A stretch of DNA of 39,798 nt from Candidatus Levyibacteriota bacterium (GTDB taxonomy: Bacteria > Patescibacteriota > Microgenomatia > Levybacterales > UBA12049): NCBI GenBank assembly GCA_016182425.1, contig JACPGP010000033.1, positions 1 to 39,798 on the forward strand, written 5' to 3'. The translations under genes were made by a program, and so were the position numbers. Positions 1 to 10,201 of the stretch are shown here, in pieces (position 1 is the stretch's first letter; each line of letters starts with the position of its first letter). The notes beneath the pieces were generated by a model. That model was not told the DNA's origin. It saw only the letters and a list, made by a program, of their open reading frames with translations, and did not search any database.

Positions 1-8
1 TTGTTGGT

Positions 9-878
9 ATGCTTGGAGGATTCACTCCCGTAATGATTAAATTCGGAGTAAGAGAGTTTCCTCCTTTACTTCTTACAACGCTTCGATTTTTGGTTGCGAG
101 TATTGTTTTTTATCCTTTTTTCTTCAGATATCAGAGGAACCTAGCGCGTCATGATATTTGGTTTCTTTTTACAAGGTCGCTTTTCTTTGCGGGGAATGTG
201 GGATTTTTTAGTGTTGCTATTCAGTACACAACAACAATTGTTTCTCAGTTACTTTATACACTTGTGCCAGTAATTGTATTGTTGATGAGTAGGTTTCTCT
301 TTAAAGAGACAATGACAATGCAAAAAATTGCAGGATTAATTATAGCATCATTTGGCGTTGGGTTAATTTTAAAAGAATCTATTGTTAAGACAGAAATTCT
401 GGCTTTTGGTACACCTTTAGGGAACTTATTAACTCTTATTGCAGTATTTTCATGGGCTTTTTATGTGCTTGTTTCAAAAGATCTTACCAAAAAATATAGT
501 CCGGTGGTAACTAGTTTTTCCAGTTTTGTTACCACAGTAGTTGTTCTTCTTTTTTTACTTCCTTTTGAGGGAAGTGTAAGATCTTTTCAGATATACGATG
601 TAACTACAACAGGAATATTAAGTATTTTTGGCCTAGGTATATTTTCTTCTGCATTAATGTTTTTTCTTATCCAGTTTGTTATTAAAAAAACAAGCCCGTT
701 TACTGCATCTTTGCATCAATATATAGGCCCATTTTCAAGTGGGGTTATCTCGGTGCCAATTTTAGGTGAAAAGCCAACGCCGATACTTTTTGTTTCTGGC
801 TTATGTATTATTTTTGGCGTTTTGCTTGCAACGGCATATGAGCATCTAAGAAAACAGTTCAAATCCGTGCTACAATAG
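9..878 (+). CDS. EamA/DMT family transporter (probably 5'-incomplete at the window edge)
   Basis: About 10 hydrophobic segments in two repeats. Motifs such as PPLLLTTLRF and GEKPT..L..G. The frame stays open upstream of the ATG to the window start. Confidence 0.85.
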   Translation: MLGGFTPVMIKFGVREFPPLLLTTLRFLVASIVFYPFFFRYQRNLARHDIWFLFTRSLFFAGNVGFFSVAIQYTTTIVSQLLYTLVPVIVLLMSRFLFKETMTMQKIAGLIIASFGVGLILKESIVKTEILAFGTPLGNLLTLIAVFSWAFYVLVSKDLTKKYSPVVTSFSSFVTTVVVLLFLLPFEGSVRSFQIYDVTTTGILSIFGLGIFSSALMFFLIQFVIKKTSPFTASLHQYIGPFSSGVISVPILGEKPTPILFVSGLCIIFGVLLATAYEHLRKQFKSVLQ

Positions 879-883
879 GCTTT

Positions 884-1327
884 ATGCGGGAGGTGGAGTT
901 TGCTGAGCAAACGTGGGACAAGAGAAAAATTCTTATGGCAGTAATTGCCCTTTTTTTTCTGTCAGGAGTAGCATATGCTGCCAAGACCTATGTTTTTGAT
1001 GCTAAGGAAACAAAATTCCCCAAAAAAGTATCAACAAAATCTTCAGAGTCAGTTGCGGGGATAACTACCGGAGAGGAGAACAACGAATCTTCATCTTCCT
1101 CATCGGATGAAAATAAAGATCCGTTTCCTTTTTCTCCTTCGGTAATTCGGCAGGATGCGCAGCAAAAATTTGAAGAAATAAAAAATCAAGTGACAAATTT
1201 AACAGTAGACGATGTGGCTTCCGCATCTCCGCAAATACAAAAAGTTATTAACGACCTAAAAGCGTTAGAGCAGTACCCAAAATCTCAGGCCAAACAAATG
1301 TGCGAGAATATTTGTAAAAGCCTATGA
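884..1327 (+). CDS. Hypothetical membrane-anchored protein
   Basis: 147-aa ORF with one N-terminal TM helix, a Ser-rich linker and a helical C-terminus. Its stop overlaps the next start. Confidence 0.7.
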   Translation: MREVEFAEQTWDKRKILMAVIALFFLSGVAYAAKTYVFDAKETKFPKKVSTKSSESVAGITTGEENNESSSSSSDENKDPFPFSPSVIRQDAQQKFEEIKNQVTNLTVDDVASASPQIQKVINDLKALEQYPKSQAKQMCENICKSL

Positions 1328-2583
1328 AGTTTGTAAAAAAGATTATTAAAATTTTAGGCCCTGGGTTTATTACTGGAGCATCGGATGATGATCCGTCGGG
1401 CATTGCCACCTATTCCCAAACTGGCGCCCTGTTTGGATTTTCACAATTGTGGACGGCGCCATTTTCGTTTCCGTTGATGGTAGCGGCGCAGGAGATGTGC
1501 GGAAGAATCGGACTTGTGACAGGCAGAGGACTGGCTGGAGTTATACGGCAGTATTACACAAAAAAAGTTTTATATGGAGCAGTTTTACTCCTTTTTGTGG
1601 CAAATACCATTAACATTGGCGCAGATTTAGGCGCCATGGCAGCATCCCTGCAGCTTATTTTAGGTTTGCCATTTTGGATGCTACTTATTAGTATAGCAGT
1701 AATAACATTGTGTTTAGAAGTTTTTATTTCATACAAAACGTACGCACAATACTTAAAATACCTTACATTTGCTCTGTTTTCATACTTTTTTGTGGTACTT
1801 ACAATTCATATTAATTGGAAGGAGGTTTTCTCCTCAACGGTTTTTCCCACAGTCCAATTCACTAAAGATTATCTTTTGAATATTGTGGCAATTTTGGGAA
1901 CAACAATTTCTCCTTATCTTTTCTTTTGGCAAGCATCAGAAGAAGTGGAAGAGGAGGTTGCACATCATAAGTTGCGGCAAATGGGAGCTGGGCAGCCAAA
2001 AGTTACGCCAAAAGATATATCCAGGCTTCGAATGGACACGATTATAGGGATGTTTTTTTCAAATCTTGTCATGTGGTTTATTATTATTGCCACTGGCGCA
2101 ACATTGTTTACGCAGGGCATAAAAACCATACAAACAGCATCGGATGCGGCTTTAGCGTTGCGGCCTATAGCTTCGGATTTTGCCTTTTTGCTTTTTGCAT
2201 TAGGTATTATTGGTACAGGGTTTTTGGCAGTTCCAATTTTAGCAGGATCGGCATCTTACGCTGTTTCCGAAGCATTTGGATGGAAGGCAGGGTTATATAG
2301 AACACCAAAGACCGCACCGCAATTTTACTTAGTTATTGTTATTGCGACTGTAATTGGTATTACTATTAATTTTATTGGCATAAGCCCATTTTCAGCACTT
2401 TACTACACAGCTGTATTAAATGGCATTGTCGCGCCTCCACTCCTTTTTATTATTCTTATTATCGCCAATAACAAAGAAATTATGGGAAATAGGGTGAATA
2501 ATAGATTATTAAATATTATTGGTATAGTAACAATTATTATTATGGCAATTTCTGCAATTGGATTGCTTCTGACATTTCTTTAA
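1324..2583 (+). CDS. NRAMP-family divalent metal cation transporter
   Basis: [25 protein letters not shown] and [12 protein letters not shown] motifs; about 11 TM helices. Confidence 0.9.
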   Translation: MKFVKKIIKILGPGFITGASDDDPSGIATYSQTGALFGFSQLWTAPFSFPLMVAAQEMCGRIGLVTGRGLAGVIRQYYTKKVLYGAVLLLFVANTINIGADLGAMAASLQLILGLPFWMLLISIAVITLCLEVFISYKTYAQYLKYLTFALFSYFFVVLTIHINWKEVFSSTVFPTVQFTKDYLLNIVAILGTTISPYLFFWQASEEVEEEVAHHKLRQMGAGQPKVTPKDISRLRMDTIIGMFFSNLVMWFIIIATGATLFTQGIKTIQTASDAALALRPIASDFAFLLFALGIIGTGFLAVPILAGSASYAVSEAFGWKAGLYRTPKTAPQFYLVIVIATVIGITINFIGISPFSALYYTAVLNGIVAPPLLFIILIIANNKEIMGNRVNNRLLNIIGIVTIIIMAISAIGLLLTFL

Positions 2584-2591
2584 TAACACAT

Positions 2592-3605
2592 ATGGAAGAA
2601 CTAAAAGAAAAAGTTAAAAAATTTTTAGAAAAAGTAGATATAGAGGAGAAAAAGCGCCAAATCCGTGAAATTGAAGAGATGAGTGCTAAAGCAACATTTT
2701 GGCAAGACCACCTTAGAGCAGGCAAGAAAATGAAAATGTTATCTGATTTACAAAAAGAAGTTGAGGAATTAGATTGGCTTGCGGAGCTTGTTAAACATGG
2801 CGAATATAAAGAAGCAGAAAAATTACTTCATAAACTAGAGACCATCCTGTATTTTTCCAATCCCCATGATAAGGGCGCAGCTATTCTTTCTATTCATTCT
2901 GGACAAGGAGGGGTTGAAGCAATGGACTTTGCGCAGATGCTCTATCGAATGTATACGCGATTTTGCGAAAAAAAGGGATGGTCGTACGAAATTATAGAAG
3001 AAACATTGGGCGAGGAAGCAGGAATAAAAGAAGTAACGCTTTCTATTGACGGCAAGTATGTGTATGGTTTTCTTAAATGGGAGCAGGGCGTGCATAGGCT
3101 TGTTCGTCAATCTCCTTTTAATGCCGATAAGTTACGTCAAACATCTTTTGCTTTAATTGAAGTATTGCCAGCAATAGAGGATGAGAAGGAAATAATAATT
3201 CTAGATGATGATTTAGAATGGGAGTTTTTTCGAAGTGGGGGCAAAGGTGGACAAAATGTTAATAAAGTATCAACTGCAGTGCGTCTTAGGCACAAACCAA
3301 CAGGCATTGTGGTTACTGCGCAGAAAGAGCGATATCAGGGGCAAAATAGAGAAAATGCCCTGCGGATTTTGCGAGCAAAATTGTGGATGTTTGAAGAAGA
3401 AGAACGAAAAAAAGAGGAGCAAAAATTAAAAGGCGGGTATAAAACGCCAGGATGGGGAAATCAGATTCGATCCTACGTTTTGCATCCTTACCATATGGTA
3501 AAGGACTTGCGGACCAATTTTGAAACATCAGATACAGACGCGGTGTTAAATGGCGAACTCGAAGGGTTTATAGAAGAAGAATTGCGCCAGTTGTCAAATG
3601 TATAA
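2592..3605 (+). CDS. prfB: Peptide chain release factor 2
   Basis: SPF anticodon-mimic motif (RQSPF), [23 protein letters not shown]. Confidence 0.97.
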   Translation: MEELKEKVKKFLEKVDIEEKKRQIREIEEMSAKATFWQDHLRAGKKMKMLSDLQKEVEELDWLAELVKHGEYKEAEKLLHKLETILYFSNPHDKGAAILSIHSGQGGVEAMDFAQMLYRMYTRFCEKKGWSYEIIEETLGEEAGIKEVTLSIDGKYVYGFLKWEQGVHRLVRQSPFNADKLRQTSFALIEVLPAIEDEKEIIILDDDLEWEFFRSGGKGGQNVNKVSTAVRLRHKPTGIVVTAQKERYQGQNRENALRILRAKLWMFEEEERKKEEQKLKGGYKTPGWGNQIRSYVLHPYHMVKDLRTNFETSDTDAVLNGELEGFIEEELRQLSNV

Positions 3606-3645
3606 AAATGTGGTTTACTAGAGTAAGTGGAGGAGGTGAGGAAAC

Positions 3646-4104
3646 GTGGAGAATCAAAAAGAAAAAAAAGAAGAGATGCTCCATGGGTTTGACCAAAAGG
3701 AAATGTCTACTATATTTTCTACAAAATTTATTATCGCCCTAATTATGATAGCCATTTTCGGAGTGGGCAGTGGTTATCTGCTTGCCAAGAATGACACCAG
3801 CGTGTCGAGTGTTGGTATGCTGGATAATGATTCTTCGATTGAGGTTGGAACAGTTGTTGGGTCAAGCGACACAAAAACGTTTAGGGATTCTGCGGAGGGT
3901 GTTTTAGAAGAAGGCGGTATCGAAGGAGAAGGGCAATATCATTTAGTACGTCCAGGCGGGGATAGTCAAAACGTGTATCTTACCTCTTCCGTTATTGACC
4001 TCTCTATATTTATACAAAGAAAGGTAAAGGTTTGGGGAGAAACAAACGCCGCCAAGAGTGCCGGCTGGCTGATGGATGTTGGAAAAGTAGAAGTATTAGA
4101 GTAA
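3646..4104 (+). CDS. Hypothetical membrane-anchored protein, beta-rich (OB-fold-like) C-terminus
   Basis: GTG start with a strong GGAGGTGA SD; a single TM helix, then a glycine-rich beta domain. Confidence 0.75.
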   Translation: MENQKEKKEEMLHGFDQKEMSTIFSTKFIIALIMIAIFGVGSGYLLAKNDTSVSSVGMLDNDSSIEVGTVVGSSDTKTFRDSAEGVLEEGGIEGEGQYHLVRPGGDSQNVYLTSSVIDLSIFIQRKVKVWGETNAAKSAGWLMDVGKVEVLE

Positions 4105-4117
4105 TTTAATTTGTCCT

Positions 4118-4801
4118 ATGATAAAGCTTGATAAGGTTTCCAAAACATTCATTCTTGGTTCCTCTGGTCTTGTCGATATTACCCTGGTCATAGATAAAGG
4201 CGAGTTTGTCTTTTTAGTTGGCCCGACAGGATCGGGTAAAACAACGATTTTTCGGCTCTTAATCCGCGATATGCTTCCATCAAAGGGAACGATTATTGTA
4301 GGAGATTTTGATATTGTGAAACTCCCTCATCACAAAGTGCCACATTTACGAAAAAAAATCGGTGTGGTGTTTCAGGATCTAAAGCTGTTAATGGATAGGA
4401 CTATATTTGAAAATGTGGTGTTGCCTTTGGAAGTTTCTGGTGTAAAACCAGAGGAAGCAAAAAAAAGAGTTGAAGCAGTATTAACCCAGGTGGGAATTTT
4501 GGAGCATTACAATAAGTTTCCCATACAGCTTTCGGGAGGGGAGCGTCAAAGAGCGGCAATTGCGCGAGCACTGGTATTTTCCCCAGACCTGCTTTTAGCA
4601 GATGAGCCGACTGGCAATTTAGACCCATCAACCGGTCGTGATATCGTGAATCTTCTTTTGGGAATCAACGAAAAAGGCACAACCGTGGTGATGGCTACCC
4701 ATAATATAGACATTGTTAATAATCTACAGAAGCGTGTTGTTGCGTTGGATAAAGGGAGAGTAATTCGAGATCAGAAGAAAGGGAAATATGCGACATCTTA
4801 A
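4118..4801 (+). CDS. ftsE: Cell division ATP-binding protein FtsE
   Basis: Walker A GPTGSGKT, LSGGERQR signature, LADEPTGNLD, LRKKIGVVFQD; adjacent to ftsX. Confidence 0.95.
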   Translation: MIKLDKVSKTFILGSSGLVDITLVIDKGEFVFLVGPTGSGKTTIFRLLIRDMLPSKGTIIVGDFDIVKLPHHKVPHLRKKIGVVFQDLKLLMDRTIFENVVLPLEVSGVKPEEAKKRVEAVLTQVGILEHYNKFPIQLSGGERQRAAIARALVFSPDLLLADEPTGNLDPSTGRDIVNLLLGINEKGTTVVMATHNIDIVNNLQKRVVALDKGRVIRDQKKGKYATS

Positions 4802-5654
4802 AACAACCTGGCGCCACATTAGGCGTTCTCCTTACCAAGCGTTTGCCGCTGTTTTTATTATGGCACAGACGTTTTTTGTCTTAACTTTTTTTGCGTTTTT
4901 TATCTTTACATCATCAAGAATTATCGCCTACTTTGAGTCTGTTCCTCAGGTAACCGCTTTCTTTAAAGATGAGGCAAAACAGGAAGATATAGACTCTTTG
5001 CGCCAAAAACTGGAAGATACCGATAAGATTGCAAAAATTGAATTTTCCTCAAAACTTGATGCGTTTGAAAAATATAAAGAACTATTTAAAGACGATCCAC
5101 TATCCTTAGAATTAGTCAACGCAGACATTTTACCTTCTTCTTTTGGAGTTTCTACAAATAAAATAGAGGATTTGTCTTATGTTGCCGATATGCTAAGTAA
5201 ATCAGCGGTTGTAGAACGAGTCGTATTTCAGCAAGATCTTGTTAAAAATCTTTCGATTTGGACAAATGCGCTGCGAAAAATAGGCATAGTTTTAAGTATT
5301 ATCTTGGCATTAGATGCGATGTTTCTTATGATTATTATTATTGGTATTAAAATTTCCCAGAAAAAAGAAGAGATAGAAATTGTGAGGCTTATTGGCGCGA
5401 CAAGTTGGTATGTAAGGTGGCCATTTATTTATGAAGGAATATTTTACGGCATTGTGGGCGCGTTTTTTGGCTGGCTTTTAGGCGTTGGGCTATTTTGGTA
5501 TGCCACGCCATTTTTAGAATCTTTCTTAAAGGGCATTCCGCTTTTTCCAATTCCGGCTGTTTTTTTTGCTCAACTTCTTGGAGTAGAATTTCTTATCGCT
5601 ATTTTTTTGGGAATTTTTTCCAGCTTTTTGGCGGTGTTGCGATACCTAAAATAA
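4788..5654 (+). CDS. ftsX: Cell division permease FtsX
   Basis: Four-TM FtsX topology with a large extracellular loop; EIEIVRLIGATSWYVRWPFIYEG. Confidence 0.93.
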   Translation: MRHLKTTWRHIRRSPYQAFAAVFIMAQTFFVLTFFAFFIFTSSRIIAYFESVPQVTAFFKDEAKQEDIDSLRQKLEDTDKIAKIEFSSKLDAFEKYKELFKDDPLSLELVNADILPSSFGVSTNKIEDLSYVADMLSKSAVVERVVFQQDLVKNLSIWTNALRKIGIVLSIILALDAMFLMIIIIGIKISQKKEEIEIVRLIGATSWYVRWPFIYEGIFYGIVGAFFGWLLGVGLFWYATPFLESFLKGIPLFPIPAVFFAQLLGVEFLIAIFLGIFSSFLAVLRYLK

Positions 5655-5662
5655 GATTTATG

Positions 5663-5685
5663 ACCTGCCCGTCCGGCAGGCGGGT
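5663..5685. repeat. REP-like palindromic element, copy 1 (intergenic)
   Basis: acctgcccgtccggcaggcgggt has a CCTGCC/GGCAGG stem. Its ends match the elements at 24388, 26823 and 32770. Confidence 0.75.
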
Positions 5686-5701
5686 TTAAGATATATGATT
5701 T

Positions 5702-6937
5702 ATGGTTTTACCAAAAGAAATATTCACATCTTTTATCATCTTTTTTCTAGCCGTTAGCTTCTTTGGCGATATTGTATTTGCGCAAACACCCACATTAACT
5801 CCTACGCCAACTCCTGATACGAGCAAACAAGAGCAGGATCTGCAAAACAAAATAAATGAGTTGCAGGGAAAAATTAAAGAGTTACAAGGTCAGCAGCGCA
5901 CACTTTCTTCGCAAATTAGCGTGATGGATAATCAGATCCAACTAACTGAACTGCGTATAAATGCGACAAAACAGCAAATAATAGGTATTACTGGTGATAT
6001 TAAGACAGCAACTAAAAAAATTGAATCACTTGAAGAGGCGCTTGAGAAATTGACAAAGGTGCTGATAAATAGAATTGTTGAGACGTATGAGGTAGGGAGT
6101 ATTCAGCCATTTTATATACTGTTATCTACCACTAGCGCAACAGATTTTATTTCCAAGCTCAATTACCTGAAAATTGTTCAGGAGAACGACAAAAAACTTA
6201 TTTTTGCCACCCAACAAGCGAAAAATGATTACGTGACGCAAAAAAATATTTTTGAAGATAAAAAGAAAAAAGTTGAGTCGTTAAAGACACAGTTGGAGGG
6301 ATACACAGCGCAACTTGCTTCCGAGAAACAAGCCAAGCAGACACTTCTTGAGATCACCAAAAACGATGAGAAAAGATATCAGGATTTATTGGCGAGAGCG
6401 CGGGCCGAATTTGAGGCAATTAAAGGCATTATAGCTGGTCGCGGACAAGAGACAGAGATTGGCGCTGTCTCGGAGGGACAAACGATTGCATCAGTTATTG
6501 CAGGTTCTTCTTGTAATTCAGGCGGCGAACACTTACACTTTATTGTGAGTCGGAGCGGTACTACAGAAAATCCATTTAACTATCTAAAAGGTGCTGACTA
6601 TGAAAACTGTTCGGGTTCATCGTGTGGGAGCGGCGATGGTGATCCGTTTAATCCATCTGGAGGTTGGAATTGGCCTATTGATCCTAAAGTAAAATTGACC
6701 CAAGGGTATGGTAACACATGGGCAACGCTTTACAACCCGATTGTGAGACAGATATATAATTTCCACAATGGTATAGATATTATGGGATCTTCCTATAGTG
6801 TGAAAGCTGTGCAATCTGGTACACTGTACCAGGGAAGCTATACGGGGCTAAATGGTTGCAGATTGCGCTACGTTAGGGTTCGTCATAAGGATTCGGACTT
6901 AGATACCTTTTATCTTCATGTCAACTACAACTCTTAG
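5702..6937 (+). CDS. Secreted coiled-coil protein with an M23/LytM peptidase domain (EnvC/PcsB-like FtsEX partner)
   Basis: Signal peptide, long coiled coil, HLHF and HNGID motifs; directly downstream of ftsEX. Confidence 0.85.
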   Translation: MVLPKEIFTSFIIFFLAVSFFGDIVFAQTPTLTPTPTPDTSKQEQDLQNKINELQGKIKELQGQQRTLSSQISVMDNQIQLTELRINATKQQIIGITGDIKTATKKIESLEEALEKLTKVLINRIVETYEVGSIQPFYILLSTTSATDFISKLNYLKIVQENDKKLIFATQQAKNDYVTQKNIFEDKKKKVESLKTQLEGYTAQLASEKQAKQTLLEITKNDEKRYQDLLARARAEFEAIKGIIAGRGQETEIGAVSEGQTIASVIAGSSCNSGGEHLHFIVSRSGTTENPFNYLKGADYENCSGSSCGSGDGDPFNPSGGWNWPIDPKVKLTQGYGNTWATLYNPIVRQIYNFHNGIDIMGSSYSVKAVQSGTLYQGSYTGLNGCRLRYVRVRHKDSDLDTFYLHVNYNS

Positions 6938-7754
6938 AAAAATATTGTTTGTATTTATATCAGTTATTTTTTTTCTTTTCTATCCCCAATTGGTTTTTGC
7001 CGCAGATGTGGTCATTAATGAATTTTTAGCAAATCCCGCAAGTGGCGAAAAAGAGTGGGTAGAATTATATAATTTAAGTTCAGGCGATGTGAATCTTACT
7101 GGTTGGAAGCTTGTTGATGCTAAAAATAACACAAAATCTCTTGATAGTTTAGGAATTATTAGCGCAGGTGGATTTGTTGTTTACGAGACAGGCGAAGGAT
7201 GGCTAAATAATAATGATCCCGAAATAATCAATTTAAAAGATAATACTGGCACTGTTGATAGTTATTCTTATTCAACTAAACAAAATGAGAATATTACAAC
7301 TGGACGAGATCCAAATGGAACAGGAGATTTTACTATTTTAGCATCTGCAACAAAAGGATCTTCCAATAGTCCTGCATTGCCGACTACGACACCGACACAA
7401 GTTCCAACAGCAACTCCAACAAAAACTCCAACCCCAACACCAACCAGCAAGCCCACGGTAACGCCGAAACCAGTTGCAACGGCAACATCCTCTCCAGCAT
7501 CTTCTCAAACAAAAAGCGTTTCTCCAACTACAACAAAACCAATGGTTCAAGAAAACACCAAACCAGAAGATGAAGTTCCAACATCAATTTTGGGAGAAAT
7601 GGTAACAGCGTCTCCCTCGGCATCGCCGACATTAGTAGAAGCAAAAAAAGCATCGCTTTTTAGCTTCTCAAATCTTGCAATTGGTACTGGTTTTGTGTTT
7701 CTGGTTGCCTCTGGTATACTAGCGTTTCGAGAATGGAAAAAAAGATCTTTATAA
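6918..7754 (+). CDS. Lamin-tail-domain surface protein with Pro/Thr linker and C-terminal TM anchor
   Basis: VVINEFLANP...EWVELYN...VNLTGWKL LTD motif; PT-rich repeat; TM helix followed by a basic tail. Confidence 0.85.
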   Translation: MSTTTLRKILFVFISVIFFLFYPQLVFAADVVINEFLANPASGEKEWVELYNLSSGDVNLTGWKLVDAKNNTKSLDSLGIISAGGFVVYETGEGWLNNNDPEIINLKDNTGTVDSYSYSTKQNENITTGRDPNGTGDFTILASATKGSSNSPALPTTTPTQVPTATPTKTPTPTPTSKPTVTPKPVATATSSPASSQTKSVSPTTTKPMVQENTKPEDEVPTSILGEMVTASPSASPTLVEAKKASLFSFSNLAIGTGFVFLVASGILAFREWKKRSL

Positions 7755-8161
7755 CCCAAAGTGCTAATGAAACTCAAGAGATTGCCAAGTTGTTTGGTAA
7801 GACGTTTAAGGGTAGTATTATTGCTTTATATGGAGATTTAGGAGCAGGCAAGACAACGTTTGCGCAAGGATTAGCAAAAGGCTTGGGGATAAAAAAGAGA
7901 ATTATATCACCAACGTTTGTTATTGTAAGGCAATATAAAGCAGGTTTTAAGAATTTTTACCATATAGATTTGTATAGGATTGAAAGCCAAAAAGATATTG
8001 AAGGATTAGGAATTAAAGAGATATTAAAAGACCCCCAAAATATAATAGTTATTGAGTGGGTGGAGAAGATAAAAGATTTACTACCAAAGGAAAGAATTGA
8101 TATCTATTTTGAGTACCTAGATGAGAACAAGCGCAAAATTACCTATGAGTTTGGATATTGA
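7733..8161 (+). CDS. tsaE: tRNA t6A biosynthesis ATPase TsaE
   Basis: LYGDLGAGKTTF, SPTFVIV, YHIDLYR, VIEW. Confidence 0.96.
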   Translation: MEKKIFITQSANETQEIAKLFGKTFKGSIIALYGDLGAGKTTFAQGLAKGLGIKKRIISPTFVIVRQYKAGFKNFYHIDLYRIESQKDIEGLGIKEILKDPQNIIVIEWVEKIKDLLPKERIDIYFEYLDENKRKITYEFGY

Positions 8162-9035
8162 AAAAGCGATTAAAATTCTTAAAGTTGGTGGGATGGTAAT
8201 TTTTCCGACAGATACGGCTTTTGGTATTGGGTGCCGAGTAGATGATGAACAAGCAATAAAAGGGCTATTTGCAATTCGAAAGCGGCCAGAAACACAGCCA
8301 ATGTCCGTTCTTATTGACAGTGTTAAAATGGCAAAAAAATATGTTACTGCGATTCCAAAAGAAGTAATTGATAAACTTATTGAGCCATATTGGCCTGGCG
8401 CGTTAACGATTGTTTTGCAAAGTAGGACTGCCATGGTGCCAAGTCTTGTGCGGGGTGGCGGAAACACAGTTGGTATTCGAATTCCAAATCACAGTGTTGC
8501 ACGAGCGCTTATTCGCGGTGTTGGAGTTGGTATTTTGGGTCCATCGGCAAATTTTCATGGACAAAAAACGCCGTACAAATTTGAAGATCTTGATCCCAAA
8601 CTTCTGAAGCTTGTTGATTATGTGATGCCTGGAGAATGCGAGGTTGGAAATGTTTCGACAGTAATTGATTGTACGCAAAAGCCATGGAAGATATTGCGTC
8701 AGGGCGCAGTAAAATTAAAAAATAATATCGTTTTGATCATTGATACGTCAAGTAGCCACTATATTAGCGTTGGATTACGAATTGCTGGAAAAAAAGATTT
8801 AATAAAACAAAAAATAGACGCAAGAAGGGCACAGGTTGTACTTCCTATGGTAGATAAGCTGTTAAGGAAACATCAACTAAAATCAACAGACATTACTTCG
8901 ATAGAAGTACATACAGGCCCAGGCTCTTTTACTGGTCTTCGGGTTGGCATTTCTATTGCAAACGCGCTTGCGTTTATACTGAAAATTTCCTTAAACGGTA
9001 AGCCGGCTGGCGCATTTGTTGAGCCAAATTATTAG
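8145..9035 (+). CDS. tsaC: TsaC/YrdC threonylcarbamoyl-AMP synthase fused to the N-terminal half of TsaB
   Basis: FPTDTAFGI, YWPGALT, VGIRIP and PSAN (YrdC), then IIDTS...GPGSFTGLRVG (TsaB) from about 8721. Start moved to the ATG at 8145. Confidence 0.9.
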   Translation: MSLDIEKAIKILKVGGMVIFPTDTAFGIGCRVDDEQAIKGLFAIRKRPETQPMSVLIDSVKMAKKYVTAIPKEVIDKLIEPYWPGALTIVLQSRTAMVPSLVRGGGNTVGIRIPNHSVARALIRGVGVGILGPSANFHGQKTPYKFEDLDPKLLKLVDYVMPGECEVGNVSTVIDCTQKPWKILRQGAVKLKNNIVLIIDTSSSHYISVGLRIAGKKDLIKQKIDARRAQVVLPMVDKLLRKHQLKSTDITSIEVHTGPGSFTGLRVGISIANALAFILKISLNGKPAGAFVEPNY

Positions 9036-9044
9036 TGCTATACT
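9036..9044 (+). promoter_or_regulatory. Extended -10 promoter element
   Basis: TGCTATACT, 9 nt upstream of the ATG at 9054. Confidence 0.55.
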
Positions 9045-9053
9045 GGTTTAAGA

Positions 9054-9926
9054 ATGAAACGGTTCTTTCACCATTTTTTTTTGCCTCACGAGTCAAATAA
9101 TCATCGTCCTAAACTTTTGCATCATAAGACCATAGTCTTTTTTATCGCCTTTTTCCTCATAGGCCAAATTTTGCTTGAAAAGGCCAAAACAGACTTTTCT
9201 GATGTGCTTGGTGCAACCGCAGATATATCGGTAGAAAAGCTTCTTTTGTTGACAAATAGGGAAAGACAAAGTAAGGGACTTGGTCAACTCGTATTAAACG
9301 AACAGCTTTCCAAAGCAGCGTTTTTAAAGGGAACAAATATGTTAGAAAAAAACTACTGGGCGCACAATGCTCCAGACGGTACAACGCCATGGCATTTTAT
9401 TAAACAAACAGAGTACAACTACGTCTATGCAGGAGAGAACTTAGCGCGAGGTTTTACGCATTCGGAGGATATTGTTGACGCGTGGATGACCAGCCCAACC
9501 CATAGAGACAACATGTTTTCACCAAACTATCAGGATATTGGATTTGCCGTGCTGGAAGGAAAGCTGGTGGGAGAAAATACCACGCTTGTGGTTGAGATGT
9601 TTGGCAGCGCACAGCCGTTACAGCTTGCCAAGACGCCTGAGACTGTTTTGCAACCTGTTTCTCCACAGCTTGCAGGAGAAAGAAGCTTATCTTCTGAAAT
9701 AGCACCTTCTTATCTTAAGAATCAGCCGATTATCAATAGCATTTCTTTATCTTGGTACATTGGCATTGGTACGATCACGCTGTTTATTTTTATTCTTTCA
9801 ATAGATATGATTATTATAGAGCGAAGAAAAATTATTAGGTTTGTCGGCCATAATATAGATCATGTTGTCTTTCTTGGTTTGGTATTGTTATTTATTATTC
9901 TCGTGAACCACGGATATATCTTATGA
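9054..9926 (+). CDS. CAP (SCP/PR-1) domain membrane protein
   Basis: LTNRER, YWAH, AGENLARGF, WMTSPTHRDN motifs; N- and C-terminal TM helices. Confidence 0.9.
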   Translation: MKRFFHHFFLPHESNNHRPKLLHHKTIVFFIAFFLIGQILLEKAKTDFSDVLGATADISVEKLLLLTNRERQSKGLGQLVLNEQLSKAAFLKGTNMLEKNYWAHNAPDGTTPWHFIKQTEYNYVYAGENLARGFTHSEDIVDAWMTSPTHRDNMFSPNYQDIGFAVLEGKLVGENTTLVVEMFGSAQPLQLAKTPETVLQPVSPQLAGERSLSSEIAPSYLKNQPIINSISLSWYIGIGTITLFIFILSIDMIIIERRKIIRFVGHNIDHVVFLGLVLLFIILVNHGYIL

Positions 9927-10189
9927 TGAGCGAGTACATAAAGTCACACATAATATATTCCATTTTTCTTTTTATTGTCGTGGCACTTGGGATTGTGCTT
10001 GCTTTACAATTTACCAACAGCAAGCAGATGCAAATGCTTGTTGTTGTCATGACGACATTTTTTTATGTGGCCATTGGAATTATGCATCATAGAGAAAACC
10101 ACGATGTGACGGCAAAAATTGTGGTAGAATATATCTTAATTGGCAGTCTGGGTATGACGATTGCCTTTTTTTTCTTAGGAGCTTTGTAA
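9923..10189 (+). CDS. Small 3-TM hypothetical protein (loosely CyoD/CoxIV-like)
   Basis: 88 aa with three hydrophobic helices and an HH motif; translationally coupled to the upstream gene. Confidence 0.7.
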   Translation: MMSEYIKSHIIYSIFLFIVVALGIVLALQFTNSKQMQMLVVVMTTFFYVAIGIMHHRENHDVTAKIVVEYILIGSLGMTIAFFFLGAL

Positions 10190-10201
10190 GCCAAAGAGAC
10201 T

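Noticed and set aside
7375-7530. Repetitive CCAACA-rich tract as a mobile or CRISPR repeat
   Set aside because: It is explained by the Pro/Thr linker codons of the lamin-tail protein. No spacer-repeat array anywhere in the window.
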